Shown in pieces: positions 25,564 through 37,713 of a stretch of DNA of 64,000 nt. The notes beneath the pieces were generated by a model, which was not told the origin of the DNA, did not search any database, and saw only the letters and a program-made list of their open reading frames with translations. This DNA is from Elsinoe ampelina (taxonomy: Eukaryota): NCBI GenBank assembly GCA_010093995.1, contig ML992506.1, positions 1,229,109 to 1,293,108 on the forward strand, given 5' to 3'. The translations under genes were made by a program, and so were the position numbers. How positions within the stretch are numbered: the stretch's first letter is position 1; every line of letters starts with the position of its first letter.

Positions 25564-26320
25564 GATTGGATCTGGTATGCAAGCAAGGGATCGGTGTGGC
25601 TGTGGTAAAGGATTCCAGGCAGTGAAGCAGAAGCAGGAACTGGTGGACGAGAACTTGGTTATAACGAAAAGGGCATCGTACAATCTTAATTCGCAGCAGT
25701 CTCGCAGTGTGATTGTCTTATGGAGTCGAATTGGGGGCTTCAAGGACGTTTTGCAACGGTGAGATTAGCAGCGAGCCAGTCGAGGTGCGCAAGGTCGTAT
25801 CCACTGATCGAGGCAAGGAATAGGAGCTGGCGGTGCTCGTGTCCTGGAATGACGACAGCCATAGGCTCTGGCAGTGTCGAGCGACGCTCGAGATTTGAAT
25901 TACAGGTAGAGTTGGCTGCGGCAATTGCATCAGAAATGCGAGGGCCGAAAGAAGTGCACATTTTGATCTTGACGTGTTTGCCCTTATGTATACTCTTGGC
26001 CCCTGTCACGAACCCTCGAGCATTCTGGACATGCGGCTCTGCTGTCCCTGGATTTTCATCCCCTGATCTGCATGCTTGATTTTCTATCGGTCACTCTTCC
26101 ATTATAACTTCTTTCATTGTTGTCATGCGGGTCTGCGCATCGCTGTCTACTTTCAGAGTAAGCTCCAGTCCTCGTGTTGCACTCATGTCTGTCTACCACT
26201 CTCACGTCCGACGAGCGAACCCTTCTGGCCATTGCACTGCGGTTCAACCTTTAACAGTCGCCTCTTTTTCTCCGGTGGATCAGCATTCCATCCGTTGTGC
26301 TATTTGAATCCATCCCGAGA

Positions 26321-27487
26321 CTACGGCAGCCCGGCTTCGATAATCCACTCGCTGCTCCGGTCAAACGGCGAATAGACCCTGTTGACTTTAAGACCTGCTC
26401 TGCCGACCAGTGCTCTCCATTCACTTTCCGTCCTCTCCTTCACGGATCCGAGAGCCATCATGGCCAAGTCCATGGCAGTGACTGACCAATCTGGATCTTT
26501 GTCCGACATTACCAAATCATGAATCAGGATCTTGCTTTCTTGGCCCATCGCTGGCATGAGGTTCTGCAAAATCTTGACACAAGACTCATCGTCCCAGTCG
26601 TGAAGCACGCTATGTAAGTAATATGCTTTGGCTTTGACGGCCTGAGGCGTGAAGAAATCGTGAGCCTGCTTCTCGATGCTCTCGTCCAGATGCTGGATAC
26701 CGGCAATGACCTCTTCACGGTCTTGTAGGACCACTCTCCCTCGGAGGTCTGGTACTGCTTTCACAACAGCTGTCAGGTCATGACCAAGACCTCCGCCGAC
26801 GTCCACCAACACCTTCTCAGTAGGATTCGCATCCTTCAACACCCTGTCCTCGAAGGGGAAGAAGTTCAGCCAGCTTTCCTTGCCATCCCGGTACGCGCCC
26901 ATGAAGTCGTTGAAACTGCCAATGAGCAGTGGATCTTTCGAAATGAACGGGAAGAAGTGCTCTTTCGTTCCGAATGCTTCCTGTAATGGAGCATCCACTG
27001 GGTCGGCAGGATTTTGATAACCTCGATCTCGTAGATAATCGGAGATTTGCCAAGTGGACCTTGCCACAACATCATGTCCATAGATGATACCGCCTTTGTA
27101 CTTGGCCTCCGTCAACGCATCTGAAAGTGGCGTAGCTACGTACTGATCCACGCCGCTTTCAGCAATTACATTGACCGACACCAGAAATGCTACAAGGCGT
27201 CGCACAAGCGCTGGGGATGCATTCTTGGGCGCAGCCAGGTCAGAGCAAGCCACCGGCCCCGCAGCGGATTTGAGCGTGGAGAATATATCGAGGTCGCTGG
27301 CTGTTCGCAGGACTGATGCTTTGAGCGGATCACTGTAGAATGTCTTCCAAATGCTCTGTGCTGGTGTTTCGATCGAGGCTGAGAGTTTGTACGATAGAGA
27401 CAGAAGTCGCTGTTGAGCACCAGGAATGTTGTTCTGGACGTCCTGGTGTGCTCGTTGAATCGCAGCTATGATCAGAGGGATTTCCAT
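26321..27487 (-). CDS. SAM-dependent O-methyltransferase (Methyltransf_2)
   Basis: LVDVGGGLGHD, VVLQD, HDFFTPQ, YYLHSVLHDWDD, ERTESEW. Confidence 0.93.
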   Translation of the reverse strand: MEIPLIIAAIQRAHQDVQNNIPGAQQRLLSLSYKLSASIETPAQSIWKTFYSDPLKASVLRTASDLDIFSTLKSAAGPVACSDLAAPKNASPALVRRLVAFLVSVNVIAESGVDQYVATPLSDALTEAKYKGGIIYGHDVVARSTWQISDYLRDRGYQNPADPVDAPLQEAFGTKEHFFPFISKDPLLIGSFNDFMGAYRDGKESWLNFFPFEDRVLKDANPTEKVLVDVGGGLGHDLTAVVKAVPDLRGRVVLQDREEVIAGIQHLDESIEKQAHDFFTPQAVKAKAYYLHSVLHDWDDESCVKILQNLMPAMGQESKILIHDLVMSDKDPDWSVTAMDLAMMALGSVKERTESEWRALVGRAGLKVNRVYSPFDRSSEWIIEAGLP

Positions 27488-27967
27488 GATATGCTGATTA
27501 TGATCCACGACTGTTGTAATAATTCATGAAAGTAGCAAGTCTCAATTATACTTGCGAACTGCAGGCTGCTGCTTGACGTTGCTGTGGACCCCTCACCCAT
27601 CCATGTAAGCACTAACCATCGACTTCACGGGTCACTCAGCGGCACCTCGTGTCCCGATCTGGCTTGACGAGACCACCAGAGGCACTCATACACATTACGT
27701 CTAGAATGAAATTATGTAGCAAGTGGCAGACACAGACAAAATACCTGCCCAACTACCGACGACGCTAATTAGCGGACATCCCCCACAATCGAAAGCCCCT
27801 CCACCTGTTCTCGACCCCACCTCACCTTCCCCAAACCTCACCTCCTTCTCCTCTCCAACCACAACCCGCAATCACCACGGAACCCCTCCGCATACAAGCC
27901 ATAAGATGTCTCTACCACCCTCTCCCCGTCCGACCTCTCCTCCCTATCCCCATCATCACAACCAACC

Positions 27968-28843
27968 ATGACCCCCCCACCCACCGCCATCGTCACCGGC
28001 GGCTCCTCCGGCATCGGCCTCGCCCTAACCAAACACCTCCTCTCCAAATCCTGGCGCGTCGCCATCCTCGATCTCCAACCACCTCTCGAGCCCCTCCCCG
28101 CCGACACCACCCTCTTCATCCGCACCAACTGCGCCTCATGGGACAGCACGGCCTCTGCCTTTGCCGAAGCCTGGAAATGGTGCCCACGGCTGGACTTCGC
28201 TGCCCTGAACGCAGGTATCGATGATAGAGATGATATCTTTGCTTCTATCGACACGACGACACCGCCGAGGAAGCCGAATATGCTCACGCTAGAGGTGGAT
28301 TTGTTCGGGCCGTATTATGGGACAAAGTTGGCGGCGCATTATATGAGTCGGAATGAGCGCAAGGGGGGCAAGATTGTGATGACGTCCTCCGCGGCGGGGC
28401 TGAGGGGGGCGCCGTTTTGTCCGCAGTATTGCGCGGCGAAACATGGTGTTGTTGGGTTGGCGAGGGCGTTGGGGCCGGTGGCCGGGCAGGTGGGCATTAC
28501 GGTCAATGCCGTGTGTCCGGCTTTTGTGGTAACGGGACTTGCGCCGCCGGGGCTGGTGGATGCGTTCAGGCAGGATCAGATTACGCCGATGAGCACCATG
28601 TTGAGGGCCTTTGATGAGCTGGGTCAATTCGATCAGGTGGATGCGCCAGGGTGGGAGAAGGCAGGGAGAAATGGTGAGATTGTGGAGGTGAGTCTGGGGA
28701 ATCTGTACTGGAGGGAGCAATTGGAGATTGCGGATAAGGGACCGGAGGATCCCAACGATAAGAGTATGGCGGCGTGGGGGACGGTGTATACGGATAGGAA
28801 TAGAAAGTTCGCGGCCGAGGAGTGGGAGAAGAAGGTGGAATAG
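27968..28843 (+). CDS. Short-chain dehydrogenase (15-hydroxyprostaglandin dehydrogenase-like)
   Basis: AIVTGGSSGIG, LNAGI, YCAAKHGVVGL, ITVNAVCP. Confidence 0.9.
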   Translation: MTPPPTAIVTGGSSGIGLALTKHLLSKSWRVAILDLQPPLEPLPADTTLFIRTNCASWDSTASAFAEAWKWCPRLDFAALNAGIDDRDDIFASIDTTTPPRKPNMLTLEVDLFGPYYGTKLAAHYMSRNERKGGKIVMTSSAAGLRGAPFCPQYCAAKHGVVGLARALGPVAGQVGITVNAVCPAFVVTGLAPPGLVDAFRQDQITPMSTMLRAFDELGQFDQVDAPGWEKAGRNGEIVEVSLGNLYWREQLEIADKGPEDPNDKSMAAWGTVYTDRNRKFAAEEWEKKVE

Positions 28844-29068
28844 CCTAGGTGGGTGTCAATCATAAGTTTCAACACTACTACCCACTAGAATGCTTGCTGG
28901 TAGGAATCAAGCTGCAATAATGGAACCGCTAGCAGTATCGCTCGAATCCAACTGCTATGTATGATCATGGCACGCGCGGTGCCAGTCTGACCTGACTGCC
29001 GCTGCCCTGGAAGTCACCCTTTGGCCATCATCCTCATACAGCCATTTGACAGGTCATGTTCAGCCTCC

Positions 29069-29901
29069 TCAGGCATATGGACGCATCAACTTCTTCCTCT
29101 TCTTCTGGGGCACACTCTGCGGCGGGTCGCTCTCCTTCGCCCCTTTGCCTTCCAAATATTCCCCAACTGCGTCACAAAGATACCTCTCCTCTGACTCATC
29201 GCTCCGACGGCCAAAGGCCATGATGAGAATCTTCGCCATCGAGGGCACTGAGCCGACCACATCGCCAAGGAGGGAAACCTTGTGCGCGGGAATCTCCAGC
29301 CATGCGGCGATGATCAGCTGCTGTAAGGTGCACTTCTCCGGAGTCTCATCAAAGGCCATCTTCAGTGTCGGGATTGGCAGCTTCTGGAGGTCCGTGGCAC
29401 GGGAATGGAAGTTCGCGATGATGGCATCCTTGAGCTCGACGATTTGAGTGTGATCCGCGAAAATGTAGAGCTCCACCAGGTGAGTGTCGTGGTCCCCCGT
29501 GAGATAGCCTTCCCATCCGGTGCTGACCATCTGACTACGGAAGAGCCACTCGAGGAAGATGCCGAAGATGAGGGGAGACTCTTCTGGCAGCTCAACTTTG
29601 TCCTCCGTCGCTTCCTTCCAGTCTCCGCTGAGGGCCGCCTTGAAGAAGGGACTGATGGTGGAGAGCATGACTGCTGGGACCTGGAAGATGTCCTCTCCTT
29701 TTCCAACGACGAGGGTGGTGAGTCTCTTGTATTTGTTGCTGCGAGTTGTGATCAGAACACCATCGAAGACAGCAGCCATGGTAGGACTTACATGCATGCC
29801 TTCTCCTTCAATTTGCGCTGCTCGTCGTTTTCTCCGGCATAGGAGGGCTCTGGAACGTCTTTCGGCATCGGCAATATCTCTGGGTCTGTAGGTGGCGTCA
29901 T
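29069..29901 (-). CDS. BTB/POZ-domain protein 1 (intact; intron 29739-29791)
   Basis: TLVVGKGEDIFQV..LSTISPFFKAALSGDWKEA..VELPEESPLIFGIFLEWLF..LVELYIFAD..LKDAII; basic tail KKRKKL. Confidence 0.85.
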
Positions 29902-30307
29902 GCTATCGGATGGATAGGTGAAATACTACGTCCCAAATGAGAGGAAGAAAATGAAAGCGGGCAGGAAAGTTGGGTTTGAGGAAGACGATTCTGGTGAAGT
30001 CTCGATCCAAAATCACATGTCACTTGGAGCCGGGGAGTACCTGTTTCCTATTTCATGCATAACATGGCAGCAAGATGTTGCATCTCTGTCTTTTGGAAAG
30101 CGAGGGAGAAGAAGGTGGAGTAGTGTAGTTAGGCTTGCCTTTCTACGTTTGATATCCACCGCTTCCATTCTCCTCAGACCTACACACTCCGTGACCTTAG
30201 CTACACGTCGCCACAGCGCACATCTCCCCAATCTTCCTCTCCGCCTCCCTCACCCTCTCCACCATTTACAGCATCAGACCAAGGTATAGTGATCTTCACG
30301 TCGAGAC

Positions 30308-30400
30308 CTCTTCTCCTGCTTCGTTGGCTCTTTCTCCTGACTCATTGGGCCCTTCTCCTGACTTATTGGCCCCTTCTCCTGACTCATTGGCACCTTCTCC
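30308..30400. repeat. 21-bp coding minisatellite, about 4.5 copies
   Basis: CCTTCTCCTGACTCATTGG-containing units. Confidence 0.85.
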
Positions 30401-30791
30401 CTGTTGTCGACTGTCCTTTAGACTCTCTCGAAGTCGGTTCATTGCGTCCTCCAACGCGTCTTCCTGGATGTTGGTGAGATTTGCAAGGATCGCTTTGACT
30501 AGCAAAATAACGCCATGCGGATGCTCTTTGCGAAATCATCCACAGCACTTCTTGATACACCGAGCCAGGAACGGTGAGAACCAACGCTTATGGCCCTCCT
30601 TACCAGGCCAATCCCCCAGGAAAAAGTGCAATGTTTGAGTGAGGGTCCAATTTACGGAGTAACCTATGAAGAAGAGGGTGGCCCACTTGCCGTAATCTAT
30701 GGCGTCTTTAGGGCAATGGCTTGCTTGCTCTGCGGAAATGGTGAGCACAATAGGAGTCGGAGCAGGTATAGGTATCGTAGAGGGATAAGTG

Positions 30792-30938
30792 GGAGTCGGA
30801 CAGGAGTGAGGAGGAGTCGGACAGGAGTAAGGAGGAGTCGGACAGGAGTGAGGAGGAGTCGGAGAGGAGTAAGGAGGAGCCGGAGAGGAGTGAGGAGGAG
30901 TCGGAGAGGAGTGAGGAGGATTCGGAGAGGACTGAGTA
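30792..30938. repeat. 21-bp coding minisatellite, about 7 copies
   Basis: GGAGTCGGASAGGAGTRAGGA units. Confidence 0.9.
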
Positions 30939-31570
30939 GATGTTGGACAGGGGTGAGTGAGAATCGGACAGGATTGAATAGAAGCCGGACGGGAGGTGAC
31001 GGTAGTGATGTATACAGCGACGGGGCTGTCTTCGGGTGTTGCGGACATGTCGAAGCAAACTACCCACACTTCCGTTGTAGCACAGATCGAGGAGAGCAAA
31101 GGCTGGCCTGAGAAAATGGAACAAGCCTGCGGGTCGTGTAGGTTGAATGGAGGGAATCTGGGACGGAAGATGGTAGAGCAGGTTGACGGTGGTAGCGAGG
31201 AGAATGCAGTGGCTTGCGAGGACAACATGGTGACCAGTGAGATCGAGGCAGGCGAGGAGATTGCGAGCGAGACCGAGCAGAAGATGACCAAGACTGCGAG
31301 CGACACAAGATGCAGAGGATTCATTTTGAGCGTGTGGTGTTTGCCTGCTATAGAATGCGTTAGGAGATTTCTATCAGTTAAGGATGCGTCAACACTGACA
31401 GAGAATGACAGATGATTTGTGACGCGAGAGTTGTATGTGAGATTGTAAGAAGGATGTGTAAACACTCGTCTTAGTTGAGGTCTGAACTTCCTTCGCCACT
31501 CTTTCTGTTTCGGGAAATCTCGTCTCGTCCTTGCCAACTCCATTAGAACGGGTTCATATATGAGTCCTCG

Positions 31571-32338
31571 CTATGAATCCTGCTTGTGCTTTGCCTTCGC
31601 GTACTCTATCTCTTGTTCTTTCCTTTCATCATTTCCCGTCGCAGTCTTTCCCTTCGCATACTCTGCCCCCCGTTCTTTCCTCTCGTAGTTTTCCTTCGGC
31701 TTCATGTCTCTCCCGAGGTTGTCTTCTTTCCCTTTGTCTCGTGTAGTCCCGAAGACTACTTGGCCTGGTACAATTCCAAAACATCGGCAGTCACTACACA
31801 GTCTATCATGCTCTGCTATAAGCCCAGTAATGCAGCCGATCTTCCAAGCATAGGCGAGAGAAGTTGTCTTTCCCCAGGTATGCTTACATGGGTAGTAAGG
31901 CTCCTCAGTGTAATGCTTTATGTCCCTACGCTCCTCGCTTTGAGTAAGCTGAGAGATGTTCCGTGGCCTACCAAGTGCAGTAAACCGTCTGCTATTGAAG
32001 CATTGTGTAACAACTTCGCGGAGAGTACACGTACAATACGAGTCTTCTCGGATGCTGCTAAAGCGAACGAGAGCCCGTTCAACGTAGCTAGAGGCAACTT
32101 CGCCATTGCTAGCACTCTGCCTAGCGTAGTCGCAAGTGAGGTAGTACTGCGGTCTCGTAGCACCTATCTCGTAGCTGTAACCGTAGTATGTATTCCTGCC
32201 AGTCGCGTAATAGAAGACAGAGAAGGTGGTTGTCGTCGAGGTGTTGGAATCTCGAGGCCTAGAGTATACGCGAGTCCAGACCTTTCCGGAATCGGGAAGC
32301 CCAGGCTGATCCATGACAATCGTCCGTAGAACGTGCAA
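31571..32338 (-). other. Orphan ORF or gene relic (Cys/Tyr-rich, charged repeat tail)
   Basis: 255-codon ORF with no ATG start and no recognised domain; internal repeat ERKE..EYAK. Confidence 0.25.
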
Positions 32339-33081
32339 GTATGCAAGGAATGTAGGAATTTCTGTAGATCCTTAATCTGAAGACATTTTAACACTTCGAT
32401 TGCAAAAGTCTAAACTCGAGAAGCTGGGGCTAAGAACAAAGCTCATTCGGTCTGTCGCGCCGCCAACCAAATGCATCCTATCGTCACGTTGCTTTTTTAT
32501 TATGCAGCTTGTCAGTGGACGTGTCAGCTTAGCGCGAGAAAGTGACATGTGACGGCAGATCGGGACGGATATCCACCGATAAAATCAATCATACTGATCT
32601 TCAGTCCCCAATAGACTCATACGTGTCTAGGCCATCGGTAGATGGTGGGTGGTCCAAGAGCGTGGCAGATCGAGGTTTGTCAAGTTCACTAGATGTACCT
32701 GGCAAACAAGTGAAGAGGGACGCTTTCTGAAGTCCCACGGGGGTAAAGGATAGAGTCCCCATGTTCGGATGTGTCATTCCAGGGGACCATTCGTACCATG
32801 TCCTCGCCTGTAGACCCCGGTGGCCGAAAGCAAGGCTATACCTCGATCCGTGGGCTTACCTCCAGGGACATTACAGACTGGCATATGTATAGTTACTACG
32901 CTCTACTTGAAGTGTGACTGTTGTAGCCTTGGTGATGTCAAGTCGCAAGCAGATATATGAACGCGTACTCAACTGACTATGTCCTGTTGTAGCAGCACCG
33001 TACTTTTGTCGACTAATTCTCAACCCTATTTGCCCACAAACCATACCATGCACGCTCCAAGTCGCCACGTCCCCAAATAAA

Positions 33082-33814
33082 TCAAAGGGGTGTCTCGTCT
33101 TCAAGATACGCTGACACTGAAGCGACAGGCGAGCGTATCACATTCCCCGCTCTCGCCAACAGGTTTCTCACCAGGTGACCAGCAAGCTTTGGCACTCCTT
33201 GCAGCATCTCGTCGGTCATAACCTCAGCCTTCCCACTTTGGATCCACGCGTCGATGATGAGGCGCTGGAGTGGTGAACTTTCTGGTAGACTTTCGAAAGC
33301 TATCCTATGAGCTTCCACCGACATTTTTGGAATGAGGTGATGGCGGAAATGCACCACTTTGACGATGTCATTCTTCAATAACGTGATTTGAAGTCGATCG
33401 GCGAGGACATAAACGCGGACGAGCAGTTATAGATCGGGGTCGAGGCTCTTGGAAGTGGGTCCTTTCGGGAAAAGCGTACCAGAATAGGCCCAGTCGACGA
33501 AGATGGCGAATGTCGTCGAGTCGTCGTCAGGTAGCTCGATCTTCTTTGTCTTCGATTGCACCCACTGTCCCTGGTGAGAATCTCCTTGTCGACGATAAAT
33601 TCCCTCTCCCCACCTCCAACCACAACCTTGACTACATCCTGGAAGTGACTGCTATCGTGGTCAGCACACTCGATGCCGTTGCTGGTCACTTGCCACACTC
33701 ACATGAAAGCGTTTGAGAGCTTGTTTCGGATGCTGTTAGGATATAGCACCACTCCCGTTGACAGCAGACACCCTACCCAGATTTGTTGTGCATCCGATTT
33801 CGCTGGACAGACAT
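33082..33814 (-). pseudogene. BTB/POZ pseudogene 2
   Basis: VVKVVVGGGEREFIVDKEILTRDSG, then a deletion/frameshift (~33565) into KKIELPDDDSTTFAIFVDWAYSG, an in-frame TAA (~33428), then VYVLADRLQ..LKNDIV..LPESSPLQRLIID. Intron 33652-33702; start approximate. Confidence 0.8.
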
Positions 33815-35397
33815 GAATCAAATCTCCTCCACTATCGGAAGATACGACTGCTATTAACCGTTTTGGTTACATGTTGAGCGACATCATCAACGCAATAACA
33901 GGTCTACCCTCGACGTTCCGAGATTTGAAGCTTCTTGGTCACACTTTGAGTCCAGTCTGAAGTAATTAGCCAGGACTGTAGAAGTAGACACAGTAGTCGA
34001 AACTCACCAATTACCTGTGATCATGATAAATCGAGGCTAGATAAGGTGTAGCGTTCTCCACGGGGTTACGAAGTCTACATCGGATGCCGAAGCTCGCGTA
34101 TCGGCAAAGTATTGCGTAGTAGATACAACCCTCGATGTAGCCATTACGAACTTATGTAGGCTGCAGGGGTACCATTACCTTCATATTGATAGAGACTGTA
34201 TTGAGACTCTACAGGTATACACTGCAGGCCTTGGATGTGGTTGCCAACAGCGGATCGCTGTATACATTCGACTGTACCACTGATATTCCTGCTCATCATC
34301 CTCATTCTTCCACCTCTAGTAACCACTATCCCGCTTCACAACGACGTCCCTGCTGAAGACTAAGTCCGAATCTTATCTTCATCGCCTATGACTCTCTTTG
34401 GGTTCTTTAAGAGCGCAGATCGTAGACCATGCCGTGTCACTTCGTGAAACTTCATCACAGATACCTCAGATACTTTAAAGATGAAGGAATAGCGGGCCAT
34501 CTGCTGCGAAGCCAAGATGGCACAAGTAATGGACTGCGAGTCGGTCCCAGCCCAGTGACCAGAGCATTGACGATTAATGTTGATTACATCTGTTGCTCCT
34601 CGGAAAGCGAACCATGCTGTCATGGCAGTAGTTCCAACACTGTGCCTCATAATGAGTTGCACTGCTGGCTTATACTGGGTGACTACAAGCGCGAACAGAA
34701 GTGCTCGAATTACAAGTCTATCAAGCATAGTGATTGTGATTCGTGGTGCTTTTTCGCATGAGATAGGGACTGGCCTTCGTTTGTAGTGTTGTGATGGCTC
34801 CAGCCTGGTGTCCTCGGGCTCCCGGTGATGGCGTAGAATTGCTGTAGCACGCTTGTGGTGCGAGACACACCGAGAACAAAGAGTAGTATGACTCGGCCAA
34901 GGAACGCTTAAGCTAATTTGTCCAGACTCCGAAAAGTCAGCGCTGTCGGCAGGGACTGGTGTTCGATAAGAAAAAGTTGAAGACAATGGTTCCGAAGCAG
35001 CGTGGTAGTTCCTGTCCACTTGTCGAACACGCCAAGAACCGGCCCACCCAATGATCTCACATTCATAACCTTGGAAGCGTAACCGTGCCGGCCGGTTCTC
35101 TTTAGGACTCTTGGCTGCGCCAAACACCAACCAGGCGTCCCCTGAGTCCTCAACTGGAACGGCGGGCACGCCTTCTTAGCATGGAGTCGCCAGTGTAAAA
35201 CAAAGAATCGAGGAGGAGGCCTCTGAGGCCATTCAATAGGTGCTCCTGGTGGCAGCACGAGTCGTAGAATGCACCACGAATGGTGCCGATGAAGATGCCA
35301 TGATCAAGGTGATCGACGAGGGTCCTAAAGAGCTGTGTGAAATCTATGGGCAGCTGTTGGCAACTTTACCACATGAAGAAGCGCAGAAGACCCGGCT

Positions 35398-36149
35398 CTA
35401 AGACACCTTCCTCGGCGCGGCATATTCCCACACCTCCCCCTCCTCCTTCCAACCATCTCCCGCTCCCTTCATCCAGTTCACACCCACCAGCGTCAAGCTA
35501 TGCTTCTCCACAAAGGCTTCCGCCTTGAACGATCTTCGATCGACGAACTCCTCTCCTCCCACATCAGCCTTGCTCAGGGTCAAGCTCTTCGGCTCTTTGT
35601 ACAGCAAGAAGAGGTAACGATGGGGCTTTGAGCTACACAAGTTAGTACAACATACGAAATGCAGGGTCATGATTGGAGGAGGGGGGATTTGGTAGTTCTT
35701 ACTCGTCTTTCGGCCCAGGGGAGAGATACGCCGTTACCGCCTCAGTCGTCTGCTCGGCCGGACTTCCTGCCTTCAGACCTGGAAAGACCCAGTGTCGCCA
35801 CCATGCGAACTTCGGGTCATCCGGAGTCGGAGCATCGGGATCAACCAGAAGAAGGGTATATGTCTGATCTGCTGAGGCTCCTTCCTGCACGCGGGTCAGG
35901 CCAATGGACACTAGAGCTGTCCCTGCGGAGGGAATGACATACCTCAGCAGCGAACGACACAGTGGGAGTGATCTTCGCCTCGCTGACCCTGACTAGGTTA
36001 CCTTGCTTGACTTGCTTGTCGCCAAAGGTGATTCCCAGCTCGGTAGTAGGCTGGAAGGACTTTGGAATCAGGGAGACTTCGCCGGCCTTGATGTTGACCT
36101 TCTCCAGGGAGGCTAGCAAGTCGGAGGCGTGGGTGCCGATGGAGGACAT
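35398..36149 (-). CDS. Phosphatidylethanolamine-binding protein (PEBP/Tfs1-like), 3 exons
   Basis: YTLLLVDPDAPTPDDPKFAWWRHW, YLSPGP, PHRYLFLLY, RRSF. Confidence 0.92.
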
Positions 36150-36789
36150 GTTGAGATTAGTCTGTCGATAGATTTGGTAGATTGTGGCTGCTACAAGGGC
36201 CACGAAGAGTGGTATCAAAGGACGGGTAAAAGCCAGGATCTGACTGATGGACTTCGATTCCAGTCTGCTGGCTTCGCTTGTCGAGAGGAGAGAAGTAATG
36301 CAGACATCTCGATTCCTTTACTCATCATTCTGGGCATTGATGTCGTTGATAATCAAGGCGGAAGAATTGTGGCACCTATAGACTTGGCTGTTGGGGGAAT
36401 CTCGACTGTGATTGGTGGAGCCGCACATCAACAAAAGGACTGCGGCCGACTTCACATCGTGGACGGCTTGTCATTCGCCATGTTCAATTTGTCTCACATC
36501 TGCTCACATTTGGCCCTGGTCATGTCAAGTCTGTGTATATGCAATGTAGCTATGCTAAGCTTCGTATCCTGTTCTATGTCTCATCCTGTCGTGGGCCGGA
36601 TATGGCCAAAAGTCATCAAATGTCATCATGCCGGTAACGTTGTCCAGTATTCTTCATCTCATCCCGGGTCGCTCATCAAAACCATCTCGGCTTCCTAAGA
36701 AGATGCCAGTTGGACTTCGTCACGAGGAGCCTTGTCTCTCTTCCTGTACCATTTCTTCTCTGTCTCCGTTGTCGTTGGCCGCCCGCCGC

Positions 36790-37713
36790 TCAAGGGTAGC
36801 GACAGGGAGGGGTGAGCTTGTGATCATGGTAGACACAGCTGGCACGGTTGAGAAAGACACCACGATGCGCGACCCCATTCATCCTGTCATCCTTCATACC
36901 CTGGACCACCTTGAGGAACAACCTCGGAGCATGAATCAGCATGAACTCGCCCATGTTGCGAGATGGCATGCGCTCGATGGTGAAGTCGATGAAGAAGCGC
37001 TGCAGGCTGCAATTCTCTGGGAGTCCGCCGGTGAAGGCTTCCTCGAGAGCCATGACACACATGGCAAGGCCGGGCTGGTCGAATGCGGCTCGAGTGGCGT
37101 CCATGACGGCGTTCTTGAATGGCTCGCTCATGACTTCTTCGCCGTACTTGTAGAGCTCGATCAAAAGCTGGGCGGTCTCGATGCCGGTGGTGGGGAGGGG
37201 GATCTGGGGTCCGCCGATCTTGTTGCCTTGGACCCAGGCCATGAAATAGCCAACGTGGAAGAAGTCGCTCTCTGGTAGCTGGACGGTGATGAAACCGGTC
37301 TCTTCGTTGCGTACAGCCCACTTCGTCTCGTCCATGGCTTTGCGGAAGAAGTCGCTGGAGTTGTGGACAGTCGCAGCTGGAAGGATAATGGTGTCCTTCT
37401 CCTTCCCAATCACCAACACAACCTGCACACCGAAGTGGCGCCTCCTGTGAAAGGTCAGTGTTGTACTGGTACATCAGTTGTCAAGTCGCTGGACTTACAA
37501 CTTGGCACGAGCCACTTCTTTGTTCTCCATCAAGCTGTCTTTCACGAAAGGCTTGAGGGCGTCCTTGCAGAGCTGAGTCTCCTTGAAAATTTGCGCTTCT
37601 TGTGCATTCGCGGGAGCAGCCTCGAGTCTACGCTTCTTGGGACTCACGCGGGTCGAAGCTGTGAAACGGCCATGGCCGTCGCGAGTGGCGCTGCGCTGTA
37701 CGTCGGCTGGCAT
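36790..37713 (-). CDS. BTB/POZ-domain protein 3 (intact; intron 37445-37498)
   Basis: VVLVIGKEK..SSDFFRKAM..W..VQLPE..YFMAWV..LIELYKYGE..FKNAVMD..LPENCSLQRF; tail SCVYHDH..C. Confidence 0.8.

Larger units (their letters stand above)
30296..31324 (-). pseudogene. Orphan secreted/membrane Ser-Pro-repeat protein interrupted by an in-frame TGA (30536-30538)
   Basis: Signal-peptide-like N-terminus, (SSPTPPH)n repeat and hydrophobic segment. The same frame continues past the TGA into a helical region and a (GEGANES)n repeat. Confidence 0.45.

Noticed and set aside
30308..30938. CRISPR-like appearance of the 21-bp repeats
   Set aside because: The units are head-to-tail with no spacers, lie in coding frame, and are in a eukaryotic context.
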